Below are positions 1-8,981 of a stretch of 64,000 nt of DNA, piece by piece (position 1 is the stretch's first letter; every line of letters starts with the position of its first letter). The notes under the pieces are model-generated. The model saw only the letters and a program-made list of their open reading frames with translations. It had not been told where the DNA came from and searched no databases. The translations under genes were made by a program, and so were the position numbers. The stretch comes from Dehalococcoidales bacterium (GTDB taxonomy: Bacteria > Chloroflexota > Dehalococcoidia > Dehalococcoidales > RBG-16-60-22): the NCBI GenBank assembly GCA_034418415.1, contig DAOULS010000007.1:4018-68017 (forward strand), given 5' to 3'.

Positions 1-497
1 AGTTCCTTGACGGCGGTCTTCAGGCGCAGCTTGAGTTCCGCCGGCGACTCCGTGCTGCGTTTTTGGAGTCGGTCCTCCAGCTCGTCCATGGTCGAGGTCA
101 CCAGGAAGATAAGGACGGCGCCGGGGACCTTTTTCCTGATGGTGGCGGCGCCCTGAACATCGATTTTTACAATCACGTCCTGTCCGCGCTCGATGGCTTT
201 TCTTACCGGCGCCCGGGGAATGCCGTAGCGGTTGCCGTAAACTACGGCCCACTCCAGCAGCTCGTCGGCGTCAATCATCTGCTGGAATTTCTCCGGGGCA
301 GCGAAGTAATAGTCGGCGCCTTCTTTTTCGCCGGAGCGGCGGGCGCGTGTGGTAGCGGAAACGCTGAAAAATGCGGGGAGACCTGATTTTTTCAGGTCGG
401 CTAAAACGGTGTCCTTGCCGACCCCGGAAAGGCCGGAAAGAACGATAAGGAGGGGTTTAGCGGGGGGCACGAGGGTGGAACGACGGTCACGGCTCAT
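1..497 (-). CDS. gmk: Guanylate kinase (C-terminus runs off the left window edge)
   Basis: Own minus-strand translation from ATG at 495-497: [39 protein letters not shown]...[19 protein letters not shown]...[17 protein letters not shown]. It has the GxSGVGK P-loop and Gmk-type TTR/YYF/YG motifs. It is absent from the ORF track because there is no stop in the window; track ORF 63..386(+) is its antisense shadow. Confidence 0.85.
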   Translation of the reverse strand, partial: MSRDRRSTLVPPAKPLLIVLSGLSGVGKDTVLADLKKSGLPAFFSVSATTRARRSGEKEGADYYFAAPEKFQQMIDADELLEWAVVYGNRYGIPRAPVRKAIERGQDVIVKIDVQGAATIRKKVPGAVLIFLVTSTMDELEDRLQKRSTESPAELKLRLKTAVKE

Positions 498-780
498 CAG
501 CGATATCACTCTGGTCTTGCTTTGAGATAAGGACGGGGCGGTTCGACTGGAAGCGGCTGGCGATGGTCTCCGGGGCAAGCGCCGCCAGGACGATATGGCC
601 GCTGTCGGTGAAGATGACCGCCTTGGTCCTCCGGCCGCTGGTCATATCGATTACCTTGCCGTTATTTTTCCCGTCGTGAATGATGCGCTTGGTGGGGGCG
701 GAATTGGGGGATGCTATAGCTATGGCCCTACTCATTGCCAGGATATTTCCGAAACCGATGTGGACTAACTCAATACTCAT
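487..780 (-). CDS. remA: RemA/YlzA (DUF370) family small regulator
   Basis: Track ORF 487..897 trimmed to the internal ATG (778-780): [65 protein letters not shown]... Its 3' end overlaps the gmk start by 11 nt, matching the conserved remA-gmk adjacency. Confidence 0.8.
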   Translation of the reverse strand: MSIELVHIGFGNILAMSRAIAIASPNSAPTKRIIHDGKNNGKVIDMTSGRRTKAVIFTDSGHIVLAALAPETIASRFQSNRPVLISKQDQSDIADEP

Positions 781-1002
781 AACATCACCTCGTATAATTC
801 GTAGGGCCGAAGGCTGTACGATGGCAAGCAGGTATAAGGAAAAAGCCTTGCGGGAAAAGCCCTCCCATAACCTAGCACTTGTCCAAAATCTTGTCAAGGG
901 CGGGTAAAGGCAAATTAAATACAGGATAAAAGTCTTAATAAAAAAATGGGGGATAAGCCGCTTTTATTGCGTGAGATAATATGCTAAAATATATGTTGCA
1001 GC

Positions 1003-1031
1003 TTGAAAAAAGCCCTTAACAACCGCATAAT
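1003..1031 (+). promoter_or_regulatory. Sigma70-like promoter in front of the 5S rRNA gene
   Basis: TTGAAA (1003-1008), 17-nt spacer, CATAAT (1026-1031), about 20 nt upstream of the 5S 5' end. Confidence 0.4.
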
Positions 1032-1050
1032 ACCAATCTTGAGAACAAGT

Positions 1051-1171
1051 CTCTTGGTGGTTAGAGCGAGGTGGTCCCACCCGTTCCCATCCCGAACACG
1101 GAAGTGAAACGCCCCAGCGCAGACGATACTGAGGGGGCGACCCCTTGTGGAAAATATGCCACTGCCAGGAG
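1051..1171 (+). rRNA. rrf: 5S ribosomal RNA, stand-alone (no 23S upstream in the window)
   Basis: Contains the universal 5S core ...GGTGGTCCCACCCGTTCCCATCCCGAACACGGAAGTGAAACGCCCCAGCGCAGACGATACTGAGGGGGCGACCCCTTGTGGAAAATATGCCACTGCCAGGAG. The 5' CTCTTGGTGG pairs with the 3' CCACTGCCAGGAG (helix I). Ends are approximate to within a few nt. Confidence 0.85.
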
Positions 1172-1210
1172 ACTTTTCTTTTTCCTTAAATCCATTTTAA
1201 AGGGGCGTTT

Positions 1211-1232
1211 AAGAGGGGCGTAAGCCCCTCTT
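1211..1232 (+). terminator. Hairpin downstream of the 5S gene
   Basis: AAGAGGGG-cgtaag-CCCCTCTT, a perfect 8-bp stem followed by an A/T-rich stretch. Confidence 0.45.
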
Positions 1233-1243
1233 CTAAATTTAAT

Positions 1244-1301
1244 CCCCCTCTCCAAACCGACTAAACAACGGGTTACGTCGTTGACCCGTTTGGAGAGGGG
1301 G
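1244..1301. repeat. Perfect 14-bp inverted repeat with a 30-nt loop
   Basis: CCCCCTCTCCAAAC (1244-1257) pairs with GTTTGGAGAGGGGG (1288-1301). The right arm runs into the dispersed G-rich 20-mer at 1295-1314. Confidence 0.7.
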
Positions 1302-1472
1302 CAAGGGGGTGAGGCATCAACTTATTCCAATATAAAATAATCCGAACATATAATTATAGATATAAACCCCTGCTCCTAAAGGCAGTTAACCCTATTGCTT
1401 TACCAGCCTCGATATTATAATATTAAAATTAGAAGGGCATTCCGCCTGACAAATCAGTACCAGAGGAGCTAG

Positions 1473-4268
1473 ATGGCTAGCAGGTTTGAAAAATTTTCAG
1501 AAAGAGCCCGCCGCGTCCTCACCATCGCCCAGGAAGAAGCTCGCAATCTGAACCATAACTACATCGGCACCGAGCATATTCTGCTGGGACTGGTGCGGGA
1601 GGACGAGTGCGTGGCGGCTAAGGTGCTGATGAACCTGGGCATCGGGCTAAGCAAGGTCCGCTCTGCGGTGGAGTTCATCATCGGGCGGGGAGAAAAGCAG
1701 AGCTCTGGCGAGACAGGACTGACCCCCCGCGCCAAGAAAGTAATCGAGCTTGCCATCGACGAAGCCCGCCAGATGGGGCATAACTATATCGGCACCGAGC
1801 ACCTGCTGCTGGGCCTGCTGCGCGAGGGCGAAGGGGTGGCATCGAGCGTGCTGGACAGCTTCGGCATCACGCTGGAGCGGGCGCGCGCCGAGGTGACCCA
1901 TATCCTCACGCAGGGCGTGCCCAAGGCCAGACTTTCCCGCAGCTCCAGCAAGACCCCGGCCCTGGACCAGCTGGGCAGCGACCTCACGGATGCGGCGCGG
2001 AAGAAGAAGCTCGACCCCATTATCGGGCGGCATAAAGAAATCGAGCGCGTCATCCAGATATTAAGTCGGCGCACCAAGAACAATCCGGCGCTAATCGGTG
2101 AGCCGGGCGTGGGCAAGACCGCTATCGTCGAGGGACTGGCGCAGCAAATCGTGTCCGGCACCGTGCCGGAAACGCTGGAAGATAAAAGACTCATCGCTCT
2201 GGACATGGGCTCGCTGGTGGCGGGGACGAAGTACCGCGGCGAGTTCGAGGAGCGACTGAAAAAGATAATCGACGAAATCAAGACGGCCGGCAACTGCATT
2301 ATATTTATCGATGAATTTCATACGATGGTGGGCGCCGGCGCCGCCGAGGGCGCGGTTGACGCCGCCAATATCCTGAAACCATCGCTGGCGCGCGGCGAGC
2401 TGCAGTGCATCGGCGCCACCACGCTGGACGATTACCGCAAGTACGTCGAGCGTGATGCGGGACTGGAGCGCCGCTTCCAGCCGGTGCTGGTGGAAGAGCC
2501 GTCGGTTGATGATACATTACAAATTCTTCGCGGCATCAAGGAACGCTATGAAGAGCACCACCGACTGAAAATCAGCGAAGAGGCTTTGAACGCGGCGGCA
2601 AATCTGGCGGCGCGGTATATACCCGACCGCTTCCTGCCGGATAAAGCCATCGACCTGATAGACGAATCGGCATCCAGGGTGCGCATACGCCACAGCACGA
2701 TGCCGGTGACGCTTAAGCAGACCAAGGAGGAGCAGGAGACCATCCGCAAGGACAAGGACGCCGCCCTGGCGACGCAGCAGTACGACTACGCCGCGGAATT
2801 AAGGGAACGCGAGCTTCAGAACGAAGAAAAAATTAAAGAACTGGAAGCCGAGTGGCATGAAGAACAGGAGCAGACGGACATCGTCGTTGACAAGGAAGAC
2901 ATCGCCGAGGTGGTCAGCATGTGGACCGGCGTGCCGATGGCGCAGCTTGCCGAGGGCGAAATGAGTCGACTGCTCAACATGGAAGAAGTCATCCACAAGC
3001 GCATCGCCGGACAGGAGGAAGCCGTCAACGCTATCTCCAAGTCGGTCAGGCGGGCGCGGTCCGGTATTAAGGATATGAGGCGGCCGATGGGCGTTTTCCT
3101 CTTCCTCGGCCCTACCGGCGTGGGCAAGACGGAAATGGCGAAAACGCTGGCGGAATTCATGTTCGGCAGCGAGGACGCCTTGGTGCGCATTGATATGTCC
3201 GAGTTCATGGAGAAATTCGCCGTCTCGCGACTGGTCGGCGCACCGCCCGGCTACGTGGGCTATGAAGAGGGCGGTCAGCTTACCGAGGCGGTCAGACGCA
3301 AGCCCTACTGCTGCATCCTGCTGGATGAAATCGAGAAAGCCCACCCGGATGTATTTAATATATTACTGCAGATATTCGACGACGGTCATTTGACCGACGC
3401 CAAGGGACGGCGCGTGGACTTCCGCAACAGCATTATCATCATGACCAGCAACTTCGGCGCCGTGGACATCAAGCGGGGTATGGTGGGTTTTGCCCAGCGC
3501 AGCGACGAAGCCAAAACACGGGAACGCTCTTACGAGAAGATGCGTGACGACCTTCTTAATAAGCTGAAGGACAGCCGCGAGAGCAATTTCCGTCCCGAGT
3601 TCCTGAACCGTATCGACGAGATAATCGTTTTCCACTCTCTCACCGAGCAGCAAATCCGGGAGATAGTCGATATGATGCTCGCGAACGTCAGCAAACAGCT
3701 GGCGGAGAAAGAAATTAAGCTCCAGGTAACCGATGAGTGCAAAGATACCCTGGGCAAAGAAGGCTATAAAGAGGAATACGGCGCCCGCCAGTTGCGCCGC
3801 GTCATCCAGAACAGAGTCGAGGACAAGCTTTCCGAGGAGCTGCTGCGCGGCGGCCTCAAGACCTTCAAGCGGGTCTATGAAGACAAGGCGGTTATCAAGG
3901 ATAAGGATATCATCGATGACGTTATCAAGGCGGTGAAGGAAGTTCCGGAGAAACGGACGGCGGAAAAAGAGGAAGAAAAGTACCGCACCGTGCCGGAAAT
4001 CCTGGCCGTCGAGAGTGAAGGGGATACCGTCACCGTTTACGCCAGCGAGAGCATGAAGTTCGACATCGAGAAGATAATCAAGGACGCGCTGGAGGCAAAG
4101 AAGAAGGGCGAGTCCAAGAAAAAGCCCAAGGCGACGGACGAATTCAAGGTTACGGAAAACTCGTACGTTTCCGAGGTCTTGGTTGACGTGAAGGGCGAAG
4201 AAATCACCATCGACTCCAGGAAAGCGTTTACCCTACCTAAAGTAGCGGTGGAGGCAAGCGCCGGTTAA
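1473..4268 (+). CDS. clpC: ATP-dependent Clp protease ATP-binding subunit ClpC with an extended C-terminus
   Basis: 931 aa. It has N-terminal Clp repeats ([14 protein letters not shown] twice), two AAA+ modules (GEPGVGKTA and GPTGVGKTE Walker A motifs) and a UVR-like middle domain. After the LLRG motif the tail is about 100 aa longer than I recall for canonical ClpC. Confidence 0.93.
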   Translation: MASRFEKFSERARRVLTIAQEEARNLNHNYIGTEHILLGLVREDECVAAKVLMNLGIGLSKVRSAVEFIIGRGEKQSSGETGLTPRAKKVIELAIDEARQMGHNYIGTEHLLLGLLREGEGVASSVLDSFGITLERARAEVTHILTQGVPKARLSRSSSKTPALDQLGSDLTDAARKKKLDPIIGRHKEIERVIQILSRRTKNNPALIGEPGVGKTAIVEGLAQQIVSGTVPETLEDKRLIALDMGSLVAGTKYRGEFEERLKKIIDEIKTAGNCIIFIDEFHTMVGAGAAEGAVDAANILKPSLARGELQCIGATTLDDYRKYVERDAGLERRFQPVLVEEPSVDDTLQILRGIKERYEEHHRLKISEEALNAAANLAARYIPDRFLPDKAIDLIDESASRVRIRHSTMPVTLKQTKEEQETIRKDKDAALATQQYDYAAELRERELQNEEKIKELEAEWHEEQEQTDIVVDKEDIAEVVSMWTGVPMAQLAEGEMSRLLNMEEVIHKRIAGQEEAVNAISKSVRRARSGIKDMRRPMGVFLFLGPTGVGKTEMAKTLAEFMFGSEDALVRIDMSEFMEKFAVSRLVGAPPGYVGYEEGGQLTEAVRRKPYCCILLDEIEKAHPDVFNILLQIFDDGHLTDAKGRRVDFRNSIIIMTSNFGAVDIKRGMVGFAQRSDEAKTRERSYEKMRDDLLNKLKDSRESNFRPEFLNRIDEIIVFHSLTEQQIREIVDMMLANVSKQLAEKEIKLQVTDECKDTLGKEGYKEEYGARQLRRVIQNRVEDKLSEELLRGGLKTFKRVYEDKAVIKDKDIIDDVIKAVKEVPEKRTAEKEEEKYRTVPEILAVESEGDTVTVYASESMKFDIEKIIKDALEAKKKGESKKKPKATDEFKVTENSYVSEVLVDVKGEEITIDSRKAFTLPKVAVEASAG

Positions 4269-4314
4269 CACAACTGCAGGATAGTGACTTATAGTCACAA
4301 CTTTAGTATAATAG

Positions 4315-4350
4315 GGCGGTGGCACTAAAAAGCCACCGCCTTAAATTTTT
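4315..4350 (+). terminator. Rho-independent terminator of clpC
   Basis: GGCGGTGGC-actaaaaa-GCCACCGCC, a 9-bp stem followed by TTAAATTTTT. Confidence 0.7.
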
Positions 4351-4379
4351 GAGGACCGGACTGGAAAGGAGCCCGAGAA

Positions 4380-4601
4380 TTGGCCAGGGAAACGGTAGAA
4401 GTTCCGATTACGGGGAAAATCATCAGCGTCGCCGTCAAGGTGGGCGACACTGTTAAAGAGGGTGACGTGCTCTGCATGCTGGAATCCATGAAAATGGAAA
4501 ACCCGATACTGTCGCCGGTGGACGGCGCCATCGTGGAAGTCGGCGTGCAGCCGGAGCAGGTGGTCAAACCCGGCGAGAAAATCGCCGTCATCGAGTATTA
4601 G
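4380..4601 (+). CDS. Biotinyl/lipoyl-domain protein (biotin carrier subunit of a Na+-translocating decarboxylase)
   Basis: 73 aa with a TTG start after GGAAAGGAG. It carries the biotinylation motif E-S-M-K-M (CMLESMKMENPI) and sits in an operon with OadG-like and beta subunit genes. Confidence 0.8.
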   Translation: MARETVEVPITGKIISVAVKVGDTVKEGDVLCMLESMKMENPILSPVDGAIVEVGVQPEQVVKPGEKIAVIEY

Positions 4602-4687
4602 TCTTACCATGCCTCGCCGCAGATTTGTATTATCCGGCGGGGCGCATTTATAATATCGGGTAACTAGCAGAAAGCAGGGAGTAATAA

Positions 4688-4831
4688 ATGGACTGGTCTT
4701 TCGGACTGACGATGACATTCGCGGGGATGGGGATTACCTTCATCACTTTGTACCTGCTGACGCTGCTTATCCGCCTTTTGAACAAGCTCTTCCCCTTTAA
4801 AAACGAGGAAGAAAAGAAGGGCAAGACCTAA
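4688..4831 (+). CDS. OadG-like small membrane subunit of a Na+-translocating decarboxylase
   Basis: Own translation, below the ORF-track size cutoff: MDWSFGLTMTFAGMGITFITLYLLTLLIRLLNKLFPFKNEEEKKGKT (47 aa). It has a single TM helix with a GMG motif and a basic tail, and lies between the biotin carrier and beta subunit genes. Confidence 0.6.
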   Translation: MDWSFGLTMTFAGMGITFITLYLLTLLIRLLNKLFPFKNEEEKKGKT

Positions 4832-4848
4832 GGGATATCGGGCCGTAA

Positions 4849-6000
4849 ATGGATGCATTTTTAGACGCCTTGAACAGCCTGGGACAGGGCTTCACCAACC
4901 TCACCTGGGAAGCCGCCGTTATGATTTTAATCGGCTGCGTGCTGCTGTACCTGGGCATCGGGCGTAAGATTGAGCCGCTTTTATTGATACCCATCGGCTT
5001 CGGGGTGGTGCTGGGGAACCTGCCTTTAGCCAACCTCGGGGCGGGTGACCAGGGCGGCGTAATTAATCTGCTTTACGTATCCGGTATACTTACGGAAATA
5101 TTCCCCGTGCTGCTGTTCGTGGGGCTGGGGGCGATGATCGACTTCGGCCCGATGCTGGCTAACCCCGTCGTCCTGATATTCGGGGCGGCGGGGCAGTTCG
5201 GCATCTTCATCACGCTCTTACTGGCGCTGGGGCTGGGCTTCGCTAAGCAGGAGGCGGTGTCCATCGCGGTCATCGGTGCTTGCGACGGTCCGACCGCCAT
5301 CTACGTAACGTCCAAGTTCGCCCGCGAGCTGCTGCCGGCGGTGTCCATTGCGGCTTATTCCTACATGGCGCTGGTGCCCATCATCCAGCCGCCCATCATG
5401 CGGGCGATGACGACTAAAAAAGAGCGCGAGACGCTGATGTCCACCGGCGAGAAACAGGTATCGCAGCGGGTGAAAATACTGTTCCCGATTGTCGCCGGCA
5501 TCGCCACCATACTGATAGCCCCCATGGGCGCCCCGCTGATGGGGATGCTGATGCTCGGCAATTTATTGAAAGAGTCGGGCGTTGTCGGCAGGCTGGTGGA
5601 CGTCTCGCAGAACACCATCGCCAACCTGGTGACGCTGTTGCTCGGACTCTGTATCGGGGCGTCGATGCTGGGTGGCAACTTCCTGACCTGGGACACGATA
5701 CTGGTGTTCCTGCTGGGCTTTATCGCTATTTCCATGGACACGGTGACGGGCATGCTGCTGGGTAAGCTTATGCGGGTACTCACCAAGGGCAAAATCAACC
5801 CGTTGCTGGGGGCGGCGGGGACTTCCGCCTTCCCGATGTCCGCCCGCGTGGTGCAGAAGGAAGGGCAGAAAGCCAATCCTCGCAGCTTCCTTTTATGGCA
5901 TGCCATCGGCGCCAACACCGGCGGCCAAATCGGCTCGGTCATGGCAGCGGCCGTCATGCTCGCCATCTTGAGCGGACTGGGCATAGGCCCGCTTAGCTAA
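4849..6000 (+). CDS. Na+-translocating decarboxylase beta subunit (OadB/MmdB/GcdB family)
   Basis: 383-aa polytopic membrane protein. N-terminus ...LTWEAAVMILIGCVLLYLGIGRKIEPLLLIPIGFGVVLGNLP and later ...ACDGPTAIYVTSKFA..., ...AAGTSAFPMSARVVQKEG..., typical of the beta-subunit family. Confidence 0.88.
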   Translation: MDAFLDALNSLGQGFTNLTWEAAVMILIGCVLLYLGIGRKIEPLLLIPIGFGVVLGNLPLANLGAGDQGGVINLLYVSGILTEIFPVLLFVGLGAMIDFGPMLANPVVLIFGAAGQFGIFITLLLALGLGFAKQEAVSIAVIGACDGPTAIYVTSKFARELLPAVSIAAYSYMALVPIIQPPIMRAMTTKKERETLMSTGEKQVSQRVKILFPIVAGIATILIAPMGAPLMGMLMLGNLLKESGVVGRLVDVSQNTIANLVTLLLGLCIGASMLGGNFLTWDTILVFLLGFIAISMDTVTGMLLGKLMRVLTKGKINPLLGAAGTSAFPMSARVVQKEGQKANPRSFLLWHAIGANTGGQIGSVMAAAVMLAILSGLGIGPLS

Positions 6001-6199
6001 AAAGACGACTAAATTTCTCTCATCTTTATCAAAGAGGGGGATTTTTTTATCCTTTTTCAAAAAATAATCCAAAATTTCCTTAAAAACCCCTTGACAAACA
6101 GGTAATTATATGTTTTAATATTAAAATAAAAATTAAATTAAAAATTAAACAAAGGATTAAAATAATTATTAAAGATGAGTGTAATGGAGTGTTAAGACA

Positions 6200-6832
6200 A
6201 TGAAAACAGAGGAATTTAAATACAAGGATTTTACAAAGGTTGAAATCAGCAGCACCTTCGATTTTAAGATCGTCCAATCGGATTCCTACAGCGTGACTGT
6301 CGATGCGGATGAAGGACTATTTAAAAATCTCCATATCGATGTTGATGGAGAAACATTAAAGGCGTATCACAGTAGACATATCAGCTGGGTATTCCGTCTT
6401 AGCCGACCGCATATAAAGATATCAATGCCCGTGATTAAAGAGCTTAAGCTTTCTGGCGCGGTAAGCGGAAAAGTCAGCGGGTTCAAGTCCGCGGAGGATT
6501 TCAGGTTGGAGATGGATGGCGCCAGTAAGGTTAAGGCGGATATGGAGGTCGGTAAGTGTGAGATACGCATGCGGGGGGCATGCAATGTCGAGGCAAATGG
6601 TAAAGCTGAAAGCATCATCATTGACGTGAACGGCGCTAACTTCCTGGATATGGAAGACTTTACGATTCAAAACGCCGCTATAAGGCTGAATGGAGCCAGT
6701 AACTGCAAGATAAGGGTTGACGGCAGGCTCGATGCTAGGCTGGCGGGTGTTTCTAACCTGGACCTGGCCGGTCAACCGACCATCGGTGACATCAGGACAA
6801 CCGGGCTCGCAAAAATCAACAAAATTTCCTGA
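6200..6832 (+). CDS. DUF2807/GIN-domain (adhesin-head-like beta-helix) protein
   Basis: 210 aa with repetitive beta-strand units (...LKLSGAVSGKVSGF..., ...MDGASKVKADM..., ...LNGASNCKIRVDG..., ...LAGVSNLDLAG...) characteristic of DUF2807. No obvious signal peptide. It is preceded by an extremely A/T-rich tract. Confidence 0.55.
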   Translation: MKTEEFKYKDFTKVEISSTFDFKIVQSDSYSVTVDADEGLFKNLHIDVDGETLKAYHSRHISWVFRLSRPHIKISMPVIKELKLSGAVSGKVSGFKSAEDFRLEMDGASKVKADMEVGKCEIRMRGACNVEANGKAESIIIDVNGANFLDMEDFTIQNAAIRLNGASNCKIRVDGRLDARLAGVSNLDLAGQPTIGDIRTTGLAKINKIS

Positions 6833-6889
6833 ATGAAATAAATCTAAAAAGTGTAATATCGCCGGGGAGGCGACGGGGAGGCTATAAAA

Positions 6890-7027
6890 ATGAAACGACT
6901 ATCGGAGACAACGCGGAACAAGGTTCACTATAACGAGCGTGAAATCGTGATGCTGCCGGAATTCGGCGGGAGTAACTGGGTGTACTTAAATACCCGAATG
7001 GCATCTCGTTTGAAAGTCCAGAGGTGA
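6890..7027 (+). CDS. Hypothetical small protein (45 aa)
   Basis: Own translation: MKRLSETTRNKVHYNEREIVMLPEFGGSNWVYLNTRMASRLKVQR. It lies in a lower-GC spacer. No family recognised, so coding status is uncertain. Confidence 0.2.
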   Translation: MKRLSETTRNKVHYNEREIVMLPEFGGSNWVYLNTRMASRLKVQR

Positions 7028-7037
7028 GGTGATTGAA

Positions 7038-7196
7038 ATGAAGTGGATACCGAAGATAATACGCATGAGAATTCACCATAAAGAAAATGAAGTCGGGCTG
7101 TTTACCAGCATTCTTCGCCAGCGTGAGTTAATTAATACAAGCGAAGTTGTAGAACGGGGCAACGTCACGTCCGAAGAGCCGGTAAGAAGATTTTAG
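7038..7196 (+). CDS. Hypothetical small protein (52 aa)
   Basis: Own translation: MKWIPKIIRMRIHHKENEVGLFTSILRQRELINTSEVVERGNVTSEEPVRRF. GAGGTGAGGTG precedes the ATG, 10 nt after the previous small ORF's stop. No family recognised. Confidence 0.25.
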   Translation: MKWIPKIIRMRIHHKENEVGLFTSILRQRELINTSEVVERGNVTSEEPVRRF

Positions 7197-7480
7197 TAAT
7201 GAACGATGTTAATTTAGCTGGGGAGGGTGAGGTTAAAAGCGACAAAATCCTGTTTACATCTGGACCAACCCGAATTATACTTATAATCGAAGTGGGCATC
7301 ATTTCCCTTCAACTCTTACCTGCATTTAACATAACAATTGGACATAACTCTAAAACGAATACAAACGAATCAGCTACGACCCAAAACTAAAACCACAAAA
7401 AAAATTTTTCAAAAAACGAATAAAACGAATAACTTATATTCCTTCTTGCCTTATTTTTCTAAATCCAGTAAAGTCTAGCT

Positions 7481-8863
7481 GTGAGCAAGTCCCAGTCTAA
7501 AGTCGTCTATGTTTGCCGCGAGTGCGGCCGCGAGAGCCTCAAGTGGCTGGGGCGCTGCCCTGACTGCCATCAGTGGAACACCTTCTCCGAGATGACCGTC
7601 AGGGCGGAAGTGTCTTCCTTACGACCGGCGGGCCAGCCGGTCTTGCCGCAGGAGCTTTCCCAGGTAGCCATCGAGGCTAAAGACCGCGCCCCTTTGCCCC
7701 TCACCGAGTTCAACCGAGTTTTAGGCGGAGGCATGGTGGCGGGGTCTTTGGTCTTAATCAGCGGCGACCCCGGCATCGGCAAGTCCACTCTCCTGCTTCA
7801 GGCGGCGGCATCCATCGCTAACGAAAGTCACCGCGTGGTCTATGTCACCGGCGAGGAGACGGCGCCGCAAATCAAGCTAAGAGCGCAGCGACTGGGACTG
7901 ACAGGCGAAGGACTTTTCATACTGGCGGAGACCGACCTCGATGCGGTGATAGAGCAGGCGGAGCAGGCCGCGCCGTCGCTGGTGATTATCGATTCCATTC
8001 AGACGGTCTATATACCGGGTGGTGACTCGGCGGCGGGCAGCGTCTCGCAGGTGCGCGACTCCACGATGCGGCTGATGCAGTGGGCTAAGATTCACGGCGT
8101 GCCTGTCTTTATCTCCGGCCATGTCACCAAAGATGGCTCCATCGCCGGCCCGAGAGTCCTTGAGCATATCGTCGATGTTGTCCTTTACCTTGAGGGAGAG
8201 CCCTTCAGCGCTTACCGACTGCTAAGGTGTGTTAAGAACCGCTTCGGCTCCACCAACGAGGTGGGCGTGTTCGAGATGAAAGAGGAGGGCATGGTCGAGG
8301 TGGCGAACCCATCGCTGGCTTTCCTTTCCCAGCGGGGGACGGCAACGGTGGGGTCGGCGGTCGTGCCGGTTATAGAGGGAAGTCGTCCTTTACTCGTTGA
8401 AATCCAGGCTTTAACGACCCTCAACGCTTTCGGACAGCCGCGTAGGACGGCCAACGGTGTGGACTTCAACCGACTGCTCATCGTGGCGGCGGTGCTTTCC
8501 AGAAGAGTGGGACTCAAGTTGGGCAATCAGGACATCATCGTCAACGTCACGGGTGGCTTAAGGGTGGGCGAGCCGGCCGCCGACCTGGGCATGGCATTAG
8601 CCATTGCCTCCAGCTACCGGGACGCCGAGGTGCTGCCGGCAACGGCGGCGGTGGGTGAGGTGGGCTTAAGCGGCGAGCTGCGCCCCGCCCCCCAGATGGA
8701 CCGGCGCCTCTCCGAAGCCGCACGACTGGGCTTCAAGCGCTGTATCATCCCTAAAACAGGGGCTAAAGTGAATGCCCCCAGGGATATGGAGTTAATCATA
8801 GCCAGTACGTTAAGGGAGGCGGTAAATAAGGGAGTGAAGAAGGGGAAGGGGGAGGAGGAATAA
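7481..8863 (+). CDS. radA: DNA repair protein RadA/Sms
   Basis: 460 aa with a GTG start. It has an N-terminal zinc ribbon (CRECGRESLKWLGRCPDCHQWNTF), a Walker A motif (GDPGIGKST), the KNRFG motif and a Lon-like C-terminal domain. Confidence 0.95.
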   Translation: MSKSQSKVVYVCRECGRESLKWLGRCPDCHQWNTFSEMTVRAEVSSLRPAGQPVLPQELSQVAIEAKDRAPLPLTEFNRVLGGGMVAGSLVLISGDPGIGKSTLLLQAAASIANESHRVVYVTGEETAPQIKLRAQRLGLTGEGLFILAETDLDAVIEQAEQAAPSLVIIDSIQTVYIPGGDSAAGSVSQVRDSTMRLMQWAKIHGVPVFISGHVTKDGSIAGPRVLEHIVDVVLYLEGEPFSAYRLLRCVKNRFGSTNEVGVFEMKEEGMVEVANPSLAFLSQRGTATVGSAVVPVIEGSRPLLVEIQALTTLNAFGQPRRTANGVDFNRLLIVAAVLSRRVGLKLGNQDIIVNVTGGLRVGEPAADLGMALAIASSYRDAEVLPATAAVGEVGLSGELRPAPQMDRRLSEAARLGFKRCIIPKTGAKVNAPRDMELIIASTLREAVNKGVKKGKGEEE

Positions 8864-8879
8864 TAAAATCTCTCTTAAT

Positions 8880-8965
8880 CCCTCTTTACAAAAGAGGGAA
8901 AGATTAGACTGAACCTGATGATATGTGGTTTGTACTATCATACTCTCCCTTTGAAAAAGGGAGAG
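8880..8965 (+). other. Two hairpins in the radA-ispD spacer
   Basis: CCCTCTT-tacaa-AAGAGGG (8880-8898) and CTCTCCCTT-tgaaa-AAGGGAGAG (8943-8965). Neither has a clean U-tail. They may be an attenuator, a terminator or a REP-like element. Confidence 0.35.
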
Positions 8966-8981
8966 TTAGAGAGGGATTTTA

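Noticed and set aside
1061-1255. 64-aa minus-strand ORF
   Set aside because: It overlaps the 5S rRNA gene almost completely, and the RNA gene explains the sequence conservation.
7199-7390. 63-aa plus-strand ORF upstream of radA
   Set aside because: It has no RBS, a hydrophobic/low-complexity translation and A/T-rich context, and no family resemblance. It is probably non-coding spacer or the radA promoter region.
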